Shown here: positions 10,324 through 20,454 of the stretch, in pieces | Numbering within the stretch: the first letter of the stretch is position 1 | Layout of the letters: the number at the start of each line of letters is the position of its first letter | Source of the DNA: an uncultured Acidimicrobiia bacterium | Lineage (GTDB): Bacteria; Actinomycetota; Acidimicrobiia; IMCC26256; PALSA-555 | Direction: 5' to 3' | Assembly (NCBI GenBank): GCA_963720675.1 | Contig: CAVRGH010000007.1 | Coordinates: 64,605 to 128,604 of the forward strand | Length of the DNA: 64,000 bases | Made by a program: the position numbers and the translations under genes | Notes under the pieces: generated by a model | The model's database searches: none | What the model was told of the DNA's origin: nothing | The model's input: the letters and a program-made list of their open reading frames with translations, nothing else

Positions 10324-11628
10324 TCACGTGCGCTCCTCGACGCGACTGTGCACGTCGCCACCCGCAGTCTCGGTGACGAGGGCATCGCCGACCCCCACGT
10401 CGTCGGCCCGGCGTAGGACGCGGCCTTCCGCCGTCCGCGTGATCGTGTAGCCACGCTCGAGCACCCGACGAGGGTCGAGGGCGCGGAGCCGGGCCTCAGC
10501 AGTGTCGAGGCGGGTCGTGGCACCTCGGAGACCCCGCGTCGCGGCGGCGTTGAGCGTGCGCTCGTGCGTGGCCGAGAGCCCACGCGCTTCACGCGCCCGC
10601 CGGCGACCTGCGTCGATGGCTCGGCGACGGTGCCCCTCCAGTGCGCGGCGCTCGCGCTCCAGCGCGATCGGCACCCCGCGGGAAAGGCGCGACGACGACC
10701 GGGCGAGCTCGCGGCCCGCGATCGTGCAAGCCGAGCGGGCGCGCAAGGACACCCGGTGCGAGATCCGCGCCAGCCGCTCGCAGTAGGCGTCGACTGCGTC
10801 GACCAACATCGCGGCGGCTGCCGTCGGGGTCTTCAGCGAGGTGTGTGCCACCTCGTCAGCCACCGTTCGGTCGACCTCGTGACCGATGCCCGTCACGACC
10901 GGCACCCCGGACTCGGCGATGACCCGGGCCACCGCTTCGCTGTCGAACGGCGCGAGGTCGCTCCGGGACCCGCCACCGCGCGCCAGGACGATGACGTCGA
11001 AGTCGAGACGAGACAGCGTCCGAAGGCCGTAGACGATGCGGCGGAACGCGCCCTGACCCTGCACGCGCACGTCGACGTGCGCGACGCGGAACGCATGGGG
11101 ACTCGCCTCGAGCTCCTGCACGAAGTCGTGGTACGCCGCACTCCCACCGCTCGTGACGAGGCCGACCCGCAACGGGACGAGCGCGAGCTCGAGCTCGGCC
11201 TGCCGACGGAGCAGCCCCTCGGCGGTGAGCAGCTGGAGCACACGCGTCCGCTCCGCAGCGAGCTTCCCGACGGTGAACAGCGGGTCGATGCCGTTCATGA
11301 TCAGCTGCAGCCGACCGGCAGGCGGCCAGAAGTCGACCCGCGCGCGGATCCGCACCTCGACGCCGTCACCGAGCGTGGCACCCGCGTCGCGCAGTGTTCG
11401 GTTGACCCCGGCGCGGTCCTGGCGGAACAACGCGACCGACAGCTTCGCCTTGACGTGGTCGCGCCGAGGTTCCTTCTCGACCAGATCGAAGTACGCGTGC
11501 CCTGCGCCCGTGACCCGGTACTGCGCGACCTCACCACGCACCCAGACCTGCCCGGGGAAGCCCTCGGACAGCGCCTCCGCAATGGCCTGGTTGAGCTCCC
11601 CGACGCCGAACGTCGGCGCCTCGGTCAA
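10324..11628 (-). CDS. xseA: exodeoxyribonuclease VII large subunit
   Basis: This is the C-terminal 434 codons of the 799-aa track ORF. TTG 11628 overlaps the stop of the upstream gene (cTTGA). The OB-fold N terminus (VWVRGEVAQY...YFDL) and the GGGS..DL / TGIGHE.D catalytic-core blocks are present. Confidence 0.9.
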   Translation of the reverse strand: MTEAPTFGVGELNQAIAEALSEGFPGQVWVRGEVAQYRVTGAGHAYFDLVEKEPRRDHVKAKLSVALFRQDRAGVNRTLRDAGATLGDGVEVRIRARVDFWPPAGRLQLIMNGIDPLFTVGKLAAERTRVLQLLTAEGLLRRQAELELALVPLRVGLVTSGGSAAYHDFVQELEASPHAFRVAHVDVRVQGQGAFRRIVYGLRTLSRLDFDVIVLARGGGSRSDLAPFDSEAVARVIAESGVPVVTGIGHEVDRTVADEVAHTSLKTPTAAAAMLVDAVDAYCERLARISHRVSLRARSACTIAGRELARSSSRLSRGVPIALERERRALEGHRRRAIDAGRRRAREARGLSATHERTLNAAATRGLRGATTRLDTAEARLRALDPRRVLERGYTITRTAEGRVLRRADDVGVGDALVTETAGGDVHSRVEERT

Positions 11629-12078
11629 GAACCGCAGTCCTTGAGCTTCAGCTTGTCGGCCGCGAGGATCGTGTCGGTGAAGGGGTTGCCCTCGAAACCC
11701 CGGTTCGGGTCGGCCACGAACGCGTCGAGCTCGCGCTGCGCGGTCTTGAGCATCTTCTTGACCTTGGCGCGCAGCTTCTTCGGCTCCTTGAGCGCATCGA
11801 TGGAGTCGATCCGCTGCTGGACGATCGGCTCCAGGGCCGTGACGTAGGCGGCCATCTGCTCGATGCTCGGTTGGCCATCGGGCGCGACGCCGGCGAACGC
11901 GGTGTCGCTGGCCTCGGCGAGCGAGCGTGTCGCTCTGCGCGCAGATGTTGTTGGTGGTCTTGCGCCACTGCTGCTCCGACAGGGGCTTGCGACCGACGGT
12001 GGCGCCCGCCACCGCGCCGAACGCGAGGCCGCCGGCGAGGGCCACCGCGGTGACCAGTGTGAGCGTGCGTCGCGCCAT
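11625..12078 (-). pseudogene. small secreted protein (~150 aa), apparent +1 frame change near 11916
   Basis: ATG 12078 has GGAGG 8 nt upstream and is followed by a signal peptide (MARRTLTLVTAVALAGGLAFGAVAG). Coding-looking sequence continues in the next frame (EASDTAFAGV...MAAYVTALEPIVQQRID...KLKDCGS, track ORF 11625..11855). Confidence 0.6.
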
Positions 12079-12146
12079 CGTTCGCCTCCGAGTCGTCAGC
12101 GTTCCGGAGCGCAAGTATCGCACCGGGGGACGCGGAGGCCGAACCC

Positions 12147-12723
12147 TCAGGTGACCCGCGCCAACCCGAGCTCGTACGCCGAGCGCGGTGAGCTCGGCCC
12201 GCCGCCGCCTTCCGGTCTTCTCCCGGATCCGGTCGAGGTGCGACTGCGCAGTTCGGATCGAGATGCCGAGCTGTTCGCCGATCTCCCGGTCGGTGCTCCC
12301 CGACGCGACGCACTCGAGCACCTCACGCTCGCGCGGGCTCAAGAGGTCGGGCGGGAAGGCGCTCTCGGGCAGGTAGGTACCACCGCCCGCGACCAGGGCG
12401 ATGACCTCGATGATCAGCTCCCGGTCGCTCGCGCCCGACATGAAGGAGGAGACGCCGGCGTCGACCGCGCCCTCGCGGTACTGCGGCCGCGCGAAGCAGA
12501 TCACCCGAGGGCACGCGTTCACGATCGCTCGCAGGTCACCCATGGAGATGTCCTCCCCGAACCCGACGATCGCGACGTCGGGCGGCGGCCCGTCGAGGAC
12601 GATCGACGGGTGGTTCCCGACCGCGGCGACCTCGAGGCCCGGCGCCTGGAGCACGACCTGCTCGAACCCCAGCCGCGCGACGTCGTTGCTGACGACGATC
12701 GCGACCCGGATGACGTCACTCAT
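12147..12723 (-). pseudogene. LuxR/NarL-type regulator with degenerate (pseudo) receiver domain; apparent +1 frame change near 12180
   Basis: It begins at ATG 12723. The HTH block is LSPREREVLECVASGSTDREIGEQLGISIRTAQSHLDRIREK. The canonical end AELTAL-AYELGLARVT-TGA (stop 12147-12149) is reached only by skipping one base. Without the skip, the frame runs 799 codons through two further genes. Confidence 0.7.
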
Positions 12724-12910
12724 GCTGGGTCACCAGCCCGAGCTCGTGCGCGAGTGCCGTGAGCTCGACGCGGCACCGCGATCCAGCCGGTCGGAGCAGC
12801 AGCAGCGTGGAGGAGCGGGACCGGGACACGACGGGGACGGTAGGAGGACCCTGGGACACGCGAAGCCCGCGGCGCAGACCCGCTCCGCCCCCGCCCTCGT
12901 CGCCCCGCAC
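12716..12910 (-). other. possible small LuxR-type HTH ORF or remnant of a LuxR 3' end
   Basis: This 64-aa track ORF ends RVELTALAHELGLVTQHE, resembling the C terminus of the downstream regulator. Its stop overlaps that gene's ATG (ATGAGTGA). The rest is Arg/Gly-rich and poorly coding-like. Confidence 0.3.
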
Positions 12911-13021
12911 GTGGTCCCCCTGAGCCCCCGCCAGGGCTGACGGCAGTGTGATGCTTCCGTGGCAGCGGAGAAAGAGGTACTTCGACCCACAGGGTTGGAC
13001 CGCCCTCGCTCGCCGCTCGCA

Positions 13022-13996
13022 TCACGGAACCCGGGGCAGCACCTGTTCGCAGTAGAGGCGGAGGCTCTCCCACGCCGCATCGATCGGCATCCCCCCGACG
13101 AGCGGGTGGAGGTTGACCGCGCCGGTGGCGGTGGCCTGGGCGACGCACTCGTCGGGGCTGAGCACCTGGTAGATGCCCTCGGCGCGCAGCGAGGCGACGT
13201 CGGTCGCGTAGCTGTGCACCGCCGATTTGATGTCGGGCGTCTGCCACGAGTGGTAGGTGGACGCCTCGTGGAAGAAGTGCTCGCCGAGCTCGGCCCACGC
13301 CTTCTCGGGGTCCTCGGCGACGTGGACCATGGTCGTGCTGGCCCCGGGCATCATGCAGAAGCCCTGCGTGCCCTGCTCCTTGCATTGCTCGTAGTAGTAG
13401 GCCTCGAGCTCGGGGAGGTGCGCAGCCGGGAACATCGGGAGGCCGAACCGCGCGGCGCGCCGCGCCGCGACCTTGCTCGTCCCGCCGATGAGCAGCATCG
13501 GGTGGGGCTGGGTGAGGGGCTTCGGCGTGACCCGCACCGTGGTGCCGCGGTACTCGAACGGCTCACCGGTCCACGCCTTCAGGATCGTGTCGATGCACTC
13601 GTCCATCAGCGCGCCGCGGCCGGCCCAGTCCTTGCCGTGCGCCGCGTACTCGGACGGGCGGTAGCCGAGCCCGGCGATGGTCGTCATGCGGCCACCGCTG
13701 GCGAGGTCGAGGACGGCGAGGTCCTCGGCGACTCGCAGCGGGTCGTGCAGCGGGACCAGCAGCGCCGAGAGCGAGATGCCGATGCTCTTCGTCGCACCGA
13801 ACACCAAGCCGGCCATCACGAAGGGGGACGGGCTCCAGCCGTTGTCGGCACCGTGGTGCTCCTCGAGCGTGACCATCGCGAAGCCCTGCTCGTCGGCGTA
13901 GCGCGCCATCTCGACGAAGGCCTGGTACCGAGCGGCCATCTCGACCGGCTCGAGACCGGGCTGCACGCAGTTGAACCGCGCGATCGACATCACCAT
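13022..13996 (-). CDS. LLM-class (luciferase-like) flavin-dependent oxidoreductase
   Basis: This is an intact 324-aa ORF with typical LLM blocks (FAMVTLEEHH, GGRMTTIAGLGY, MLLIGGTS). Confidence 0.8.
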   Translation of the reverse strand: MVMSIARFNCVQPGLEPVEMAARYQAFVEMARYADEQGFAMVTLEEHHGADNGWSPSPFVMAGLVFGATKSIGISLSALLVPLHDPLRVAEDLAVLDLASGGRMTTIAGLGYRPSEYAAHGKDWAGRGALMDECIDTILKAWTGEPFEYRGTTVRVTPKPLTQPHPMLLIGGTSKVAARRAARFGLPMFPAAHLPELEAYYYEQCKEQGTQGFCMMPGASTTMVHVAEDPEKAWAELGEHFFHEASTYHSWQTPDIKSAVHSYATDVASLRAEGIYQVLSPDECVAQATATGAVNLHPLVGGMPIDAAWESLRLYCEQVLPRVP

Positions 13997-14043
13997 GTCA
14001 GCGTCCTCGTGATCCTTCGTCGGTCCGGACGGCGAGCCGGAGC

Positions 14044-15492
14044 TCAGCCGGGCGGCAGGATGATCGTCTGCAGCTCCGTGTACGGCGCGATGCCCTCAGG
14101 CCCGAGCTCGCGTCCGATGCCCGACTGCTTGAAGCCACCGAACGGTGCGTTGAAGTCGAGGATCATCGACGAGTTGATCGCGACGACGCCCGTGCGCACC
14201 TGGGACGCGACCGCCGCGCCGTGTTCGGCGTCGGTGGTCCACACGGAACCGCAGAGGCCGTAGTCGGAGTCGTTCGCGATCTTGATCGCCTGAGCTTCGT
14301 CGTCGTAGGGGATCACCGACAGCACCGGTCCGAAGATCTCCTCCTGGGCGATCTTCATGTCGTTGGTGACGTCGGCGAACACCGTCGGCTCGACGTACCA
14401 CCCCTTCTCGAGGTGCTCGGGGAGCCCGCCGCCCACGACGGCTCGGGCCCCGGCCGACTTCCCGGCCTCCAGGTAGCCCGCGACGCGGTCGCGCTGGCGC
14501 TCCGCGACGAGCGGCCCGACCTGGACCTCGTCGTCCATCGGGTCGCCGACCTTCAGCGCGCCCACCGCGGCACCGAGCGCCTCGGTGACCTCGGCGTAGC
14601 GCTTCTTGCTCACGAGGATCCGGCTCTGCGCGCCACAGACCTGACCGTTGTTCATCAGGCCCGACATCACGAGGTTGCCCATCGTCGCCTCGTCGAGATC
14701 CGCGTCGTCGAGCACGATCGCGGCGGACTTGCCGCCGAGCTCGAGTGTGACGCGCTTCAGCAGCCCGCCACACACCTCGCCGATGTGCCGGCCGACCGCG
14801 CTCGACCCGGTGAAGCTCACCTTGTCGATGCCGGGGTGCCGCAGGATGTGCTCACCGGTCTCGCGACCGGCGGCGACGATGTTGATGACCCCCGGAGGGA
14901 GGTCGGCCTCGATGATCGCGTCCGCGAGCAGGTAGGAGTCGAGCGGCGTCTCCGGCGCGGGCTTCAGCACGATCGGGCAGCCGGCCGCCATCGCAGGCCC
15001 GAGCTTCAGGGCGCTGATGAAGAGCGGCACGTTCCACGGGATGATCCCCGCGGCGACTCCGACGGGCGCGCGCAGGACGCGGACCGGAGATCCGAGCGCA
15101 CCGGTGCGGTCGTCAACCCAGTCGTAGCCGGACGCGAGCCCGGCGTACATGTCGAGGACCATCGTGGCCGAGAACACCTGGCCCATGACCGACCACGACT
15201 TGGGCGACCCGTTCTCGTTCGAGATGACGTCCGCGATGTCCTGCGCGCGCGACTGCAACGCACCCGACAGGCGCTTGATGCCCTCGGCGCGCTCCTCGGG
15301 CGTCATGCGGGGCCACGGACCCTCGTCGAACGCGTGACGGGCTGCGGCGATCGCCTTGTCGAGATCTGCGGGCGACGCGTCGGGGACGGTGCCGATGACC
15401 TCTTCGGTGTGGGGCGAGATGACCTCGATGACGCCCTTGCCCTCGGGTGCCACCCACTCGCCGCCGATGAACAGCCTGTCGCGCACGTCCAC
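14044..15492 (-). CDS. NAD(P)-dependent aldehyde dehydrogenase
   Basis: This is an intact 482-aa ORF with ALDH signatures (FTGSSAVG, ELGGKSA, QVCGAQSR catalytic Cys, EEIFGPV). Confidence 0.9.
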   Translation of the reverse strand: MDVRDRLFIGGEWVAPEGKGVIEVISPHTEEVIGTVPDASPADLDKAIAAARHAFDEGPWPRMTPEERAEGIKRLSGALQSRAQDIADVISNENGSPKSWSVMGQVFSATMVLDMYAGLASGYDWVDDRTGALGSPVRVLRAPVGVAAGIIPWNVPLFISALKLGPAMAAGCPIVLKPAPETPLDSYLLADAIIEADLPPGVINIVAAGRETGEHILRHPGIDKVSFTGSSAVGRHIGEVCGGLLKRVTLELGGKSAAIVLDDADLDEATMGNLVMSGLMNNGQVCGAQSRILVSKKRYAEVTEALGAAVGALKVGDPMDDEVQVGPLVAERQRDRVAGYLEAGKSAGARAVVGGGLPEHLEKGWYVEPTVFADVTNDMKIAQEEIFGPVLSVIPYDDEAQAIKIANDSDYGLCGSVWTTDAEHGAAVASQVRTGVVAINSSMILDFNAPFGGFKQSGIGRELGPEGIAPYTELQTIILPPG

Positions 15493-15547
15493 GATCGTTC
15501 TCCCTGCGTCGGATTCGGCTCGACGCTACCGCAGACCTGACGACCCG

Positions 15548-16499
15548 TCAGGCGGCGGAGGTGGCGCCGACGCCGAGGTGCTGATCGAGGAACAGGACCG
15601 TCTCGCCCCAAGCAAGGGCGGCGAGCTGCTCCGCGTGGCCGGACCCGCCGACCACGACGAGCTGGTGGTCGACGCCCGCCGCTGCGAGGACCGACTCCAT
15701 CTCCTCGGCCTGTGCCCTCGGGACGATCGGGTCGTCTTCGGAGGTGACGAGGAGGGTCGGCGAGTCGGTCGGGTCGACGTGGCTCACCGGAGACGCATCT
15801 GCGGCGACCTCGGGGCAGTCGGTCGTCTCGCAGCCGAGGACGCCGACGTCGAGGTCGACCGTGGTGAGATCGGCGATCCCGGACCAGCTCACGACGGCCG
15901 CCACCCGGCTCCCGGAGTCGAGCGCCCCGGTGCCCAGCGTGCCGAGCAGCTCGGCCAGGTGGCCGCCTGCGGACGCACCCAGCACGCCGATCCGGTCGGG
16001 ATCGATGCGATAGTGCTCGACCTGGCTGCCGGCGCGGAGCCAGCCGACCGCGGCCTGCACGTCCTCCACGGCCGCGGGGTACGGGTGCTCCGGGGCGAGG
16101 CGGTAGTCGATCGTGACCGCCACGTAGCCCAGCTCGGCGAGCGCGCGGGCCTGGTCCGCGAGGTTCGTCTTGTCGCCGCCGGACCACCCGCCACCGTGGA
16201 CGAGCACGACGGCCGCGCGCGCCGAGGTGGTGTCGTCGGACGGGAAGTACGCGTCGAGGGCGAGGACCTCGCCGTCGACGGTGCGCCACACCACGCCTTG
16301 CTCGATCGTGACCGACGCGCTCGTCGTGGTGTTCGCGCTCAGTGGTCGCCACCACCCCACCGGCGCTCGCGGCGTCGCGCGTCGGGGCGGTCAACGCGGC
16401 CGCGACCGCGCCGGTGGTGATGGCGACCACCACCGCGACGAGCATGACCAGCACCGCGATGCGGGTTCGGATGCCGGTGCGACTCGTGCGGTGGCTCAT
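15548..16499 (-). pseudogene. alpha/beta hydrolase (HGGG-type esterase) with N-terminal membrane anchor; apparent +1 frame change near 16340
   Basis: The catalytic part is track ORF 15548..16360 (VLVHGGGW, GASAGGH). ATG 16499 in the adjacent frame encodes MSHRTSRTGIRTRIAVLVMLVAVVVAITTGAVAAAL. This anchor joins the esterase frame if one base is skipped. GTG 16360 is the alternative unshifted start. Confidence 0.65.
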
Positions 16500-16599
16500 G
16501 CCCCGCACCCTCACCGGTGAACCTCAGGGAACCCTGTGCTGCGCGTGTTGATCTGCCCAACATCTGCTGAGCGACCTCACAGGTTCGGTACTCGTCAGA

Positions 16600-17130
16600 T
16601 CACTTCTTCTTCGCACGCGTGGTGGACGTCGTCGTCGACGCCACCGGCAACGTGCTCACGATGGTCGGCGGAGGGATCGTGAGCACCTGGCCGACGAACA
16701 CGTGGTTCGCGTTCGTGATCCCGTTCGCCGCCGCGAGCTCGTCGAGCGTCACGCCGTAGCGACTCGCGATCGCGAGGAGGCTCTCCCCTGCAGCGACGGT
16801 ATGGGTCTGGGTCCGGGTCGACGTGGTCGTGCCGACGGCCTTCGTCGGGGTGGCGCTCACCTCGCTCCCGCCGTCGCCCGCGGTCATCCGGCCCGCGACG
16901 AACGCGAGCACGACGACGATCGCCGCCCCGACGAGCGCCGGCACCAACGGGACCACCGGCTTCGCCCGTGAGGGGGTACGGCGGGCCCGTGCCTGCGGTT
17001 GCGTGGCATCGGCACCCCGACGCGGCGGTTCGCCACGCGACGCGGGCCTGCGCCCCGCTCCGCGCGGCATCGGACGCCCCGTCGGTCGGGCGGACGGGCG
17101 GTCGGACGGCTCCCACGAGCCGGTTCCCAT
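16600..17130 (-). CDS. LysM domain membrane protein
   Basis: The C-terminal LysM block is HTVAAGESLLAIASRYGVTLDELAAANGITNANHVFVGQVLTIP. It is preceded by one TM helix (PVVPLVPALVGAAIVVVLAFVAG) and an Arg/Pro-rich N-terminal region. The start is not fixed (ATG 17130 chosen). Confidence 0.7.
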   Translation of the reverse strand: MGTGSWEPSDRPSARPTGRPMPRGAGRRPASRGEPPRRGADATQPQARARRTPSRAKPVVPLVPALVGAAIVVVLAFVAGRMTAGDGGSEVSATPTKAVGTTTSTRTQTHTVAAGESLLAIASRYGVTLDELAAANGITNANHVFVGQVLTIPPPTIVSTLPVASTTTSTTRAKKK

Positions 17131-17201
17131 CCTGCAATTGTGCGGCCCACCGCCGCGAACGACAAGGGCTCGGCCCGACGGCGCCCGATATCGTCTCGAC
17201 G

Positions 17202-17872
17202 ATGGTCGCCCCCGACACCCCGCGCTCCGGCCTGGTGGACTCCGGAACGCTCCCACCCGGTCTCGTGAAGAAGTCGATCTTCACGTTCATCGGTCTGGCG
17301 GGGACGGTGGCGGCGCTGACGGCCGTCTTCTACTGCATGCGCGCGGTGATGGAGGTCGGCGGCGTCTGCGCCAGCGGCAACACGGCCGTACGACATCCGC
17401 ACGCCCTGCCCCACCGGTGTCCCCGGCCTCATGGTCGGTTCCATCTTCCTGGGCCTCGGCTTCCTGTTCCTCTACGCGGTCAGCGCCGTCGGCCCGAACC
17501 TCACGCTGCTCGCGTGGCCGGCGCTCTTCCTCTCGCTCGGCTGGAACTTCCTCGAGTACGGGGTCGACCCGCCGGGTACGCAGAGCGTCGCGGTCGGCTG
17601 GCTCGTGTGCGGGGTGGTGTTCGTCCTGATGGGCGGCATCCCGCTCGTCATCGGCGTCGAGCGCGCTCGTCATGGGACGCGACACCCGGGTGCCGGGGAC
17701 GGTCACCGACCGGGTCGGCAAGGTCGGCCCCGGGACCGGCATCACGGTGCAGGGCAACCTGCGGATCTACGCGTGGGTGCTGCAGCTCGTCGCGATCGGC
17801 GTCGGCATCTGGATCGGCATCGAGATCTTCGAGTGGGCCACGGGCTCGACCGTCACCATCGGCTTCAGCTGA
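17202..17872 (+). pseudogene. multi-pass membrane protein of unknown function; two apparent +1 frame changes (near 17388 and 17671)
   Basis: Hydrophobic, coding-like segments run through three successive frames. These are MVAPDTPRSG...FTFIGLAGTVAALTAVFYCM, then YDIRTPCPTGVPGLMVGSIFLGLGFLFLY...GIPLVIGVERAR, then MGRDTRVPG...WVLQLVAIGVGIWIGIEIFEW. Confidence 0.55.
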
Positions 17873-17968
17873 TCGACGCGCAGGCGCCACCCGCGCGTTC
17901 CTGACACCGGCGTCACCTCCGTGCCAGGATGCGCCCGCACCGGGACCGACGGACGAGCAGGGGGAAAC

Positions 17969-20387
17969 GTGGCGGGAGCGCTGGACGGGGTTCGCATCCT
18001 CGACCTCACCTGGGGATCGGCGGGACCGTTGGGTGTGCTGCTGCTCGCCGAGCAGGGCGCCGACGTCATCAAGGTCGAGCCGCCCGCGGGTGACCCGTTC
18101 CGCGCTGCGCAGGACGAGGGCTACGCGGGGTACAAGGTGTGGACCCGGTCGCGCCGCTCCGTGCGCTGCAACCTGCAGTCCGACGCCGGACGCGCCGCGT
18201 TCCTCGAGCTCGCGAAGACCGCCGACGTGGTCGTCGAGTCGTACCGCCCCGGGGTTCTGGACCGGCTCGGCATCGGGTGGGACGTGCTCCACGCCACGAA
18301 CCCGCGGCTCGTCCTCGTGTCCGTGCCGGGCTACCCCGCCGGCCACCGCAATGCGCACCGGCCCGGGTACGACGCGCTGGTCCAGGCCGCGTCGGGCGCG
18401 CAGTGGGAGCAGCCCGGGTGGCGCCCCGGCCCGATCTTCCTGTCGATGCCGTTGCCCAGCGTCGGAGCGATCTTCCTCGTCGCCAGCGGTGCGTGCGCAG
18501 GCCTGCTCGCCCGGGAGGAGACCGGACGCGGCCAGCACGTGCAGACCTCTCTCTTGCAGGGCGTCTGGCTGTACTCGACACAGATCTGGCAGTGGGCCGA
18601 GCACGCGGACGCTGCGGTGTACGGCCTGATGGCCAAGAGCCACCCGCCCGGGGTGCACCAGGGGATGATCTTCGAGTGCGCGAACCGTGTGTTCGTCCAC
18701 GTCTCGGTGATGAGCGGGAAGACCCCCACCAAGACGCTCGACGAGATCCTCGGCACCCAGCCGCCGCCCGCCGAGGACCTCGAGGGCCTGCTCCCCCTCC
18801 AGCAGCAGAACCTGATGAACGAGGCCCGGCGCGAGGCGTTCCGCCGCTGGGACTGCGACGAGCTGGTCGCCGAGCTGATCGCGTGCAACCAGGTCGCCGA
18901 GAAGATCGTGGAACCCGAAGACCAGTTCGCCCACCCGCAGCTGCAGGCGAATGGGATGGTCGCGACCGTCGAGGACCCGGACCTCGGCGCCACCACCCAG
19001 ATCGGTGTGCCCATCCACCTCCTGGGGACGCCCGGTGCGATCCAGGGCGGCCAGCCCCGCGTCGGCGAGCACGACGAAGAGGTGTGGGGCGAGGTCGGGA
19101 TCTCGGGCGACGCGCTCGCCGCGGTGACCGGCCCGGTGGGCGAGTCGACCACGACACGTCCCGCGACCACTGCACCGCGGCTCGACCTGCCGGATGCGGG
19201 GCCCGACGCCACACCGCCGCGATTCGCGCTCGGGAAGTACCGGCTCATCGACTTCGGCCAGTACCTCGCCGGGCCGTTCGGTCCGATGATCCTCGGCGAC
19301 CTCGGCATGGACGTCGTCAAGGTCGAGCCCGTCACGGGCGACGGCATGCGCATGGCTGCGACCCCGTTCTTCGGGTGTCGAGCGCGGCAAGCGCGACCTC
19401 GCGCTCGACCTGAAGTCGGCCGAGGGGCTCGAGATCGCGCGCAAGCTCGTGGGCACCGCCGACGTCGTCCACCACAACATGACGAAGGGGACGGCGAGTC
19501 GCCTGCAGCTCGACTACGCCGCGTGCAAGGCCGTGCGCGACGACATCATCTACTGCAACACGTACACGTACGGGCTGGAAGGACCGCTCTCCCACTTCGG
19601 TGGGCTCGACCCGCTGTACCAGGCCAGCTCGGGCATCGAGCACGAGCTCGGCGCGACGAGCCACGGGCACGATCCTCTCTATTACCGCTACGGGATGTGC
19701 GACGCGGCCAACGCACTGCTGTCGATCGTCGGCGTGCTCGAGGCGCTCGTGCACCGCGAGCGCACCGGTGAAGGCCAGGAGCTGTGGACCAGCCTGATGG
19801 ACGGCGGTGCGGTGTTCGCGTCCGACACGCTGCTGCTCCCGGACGGGACCGCGGCGATGCGACCGAAGCTCGACGCCGGCCAGCACGGGTTCGGGTGGGC
19901 GTACCGGGTCTACGAGACCGACGACAACTGGGTGTGCGTCGCCGCGCTCACGGCCGAGCAACGCGACGCGTTCCTGGCCGCGGTGGGCGTCGACCCGCAG
20001 GTGGAGGCGGACCCGACACCGGCCATCGAGGCAGCCATGCGCACCAAGAACGCAGTCATGTGGTCGCACACGCTCGACGACGCGGGGGTACCGAACGAGA
20101 TCACGCTCGACATCCAGAACGGCATGATCGGGCTGTTCGACTCGGACCTCGTCGGCCTGGGGATGGTGGCGGAGTACGAGCACCCCACGATGGGGCGCAT
20201 GCGCCAGTTCGGCGAGCTCGTCCACTTCTCGGAGACGCCGGGCGTCATCCGCGGCCCGGCACCTCGGGTCGGGGAACATTCCCGCGAGATCCTCGAGGAT
20301 CTCGGCTTCTCGGGCAGGGAGCAGGACGCGCTCAAGGACCGGGGCGTCGTGACCTGGCCGGGCGAGGACGACACCGCCCCCTGGTAG
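17969..20387 (+). pseudogene. tandem double CaiB/BaiF-type (family III) CoA-transferase; apparent +1 frame change near 19377
   Basis: GTG 17969 follows a GGGGGA RBS. The first module starts LDGVRILDLTWGSAGPLG. The second starts LGKYRLIDFGQYLAGPFGP and continues only in the next frame (ERGKRDLALDLK..., track ORF 19449..20387). No stop separates the modules. Confidence 0.7.
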
Positions 20388-20454
20388 CCCGGCGCCGCGC
20401 CGAAGCGTCGGGATCAGGCAGGTTCGGCGACCTCCCACTACCGTCGCGCGCTCC

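Noticed and set aside
10324-12723. The 799-aa ORF read as a single giant regulator-nuclease fusion.
   Set aside because: It contains three unrelated, individually recognisable proteins with their own starts and RBS. Two canonical C termini appear in adjacent frames. The stop-free run is a GC-rich read-through artefact combined with frame breaks.
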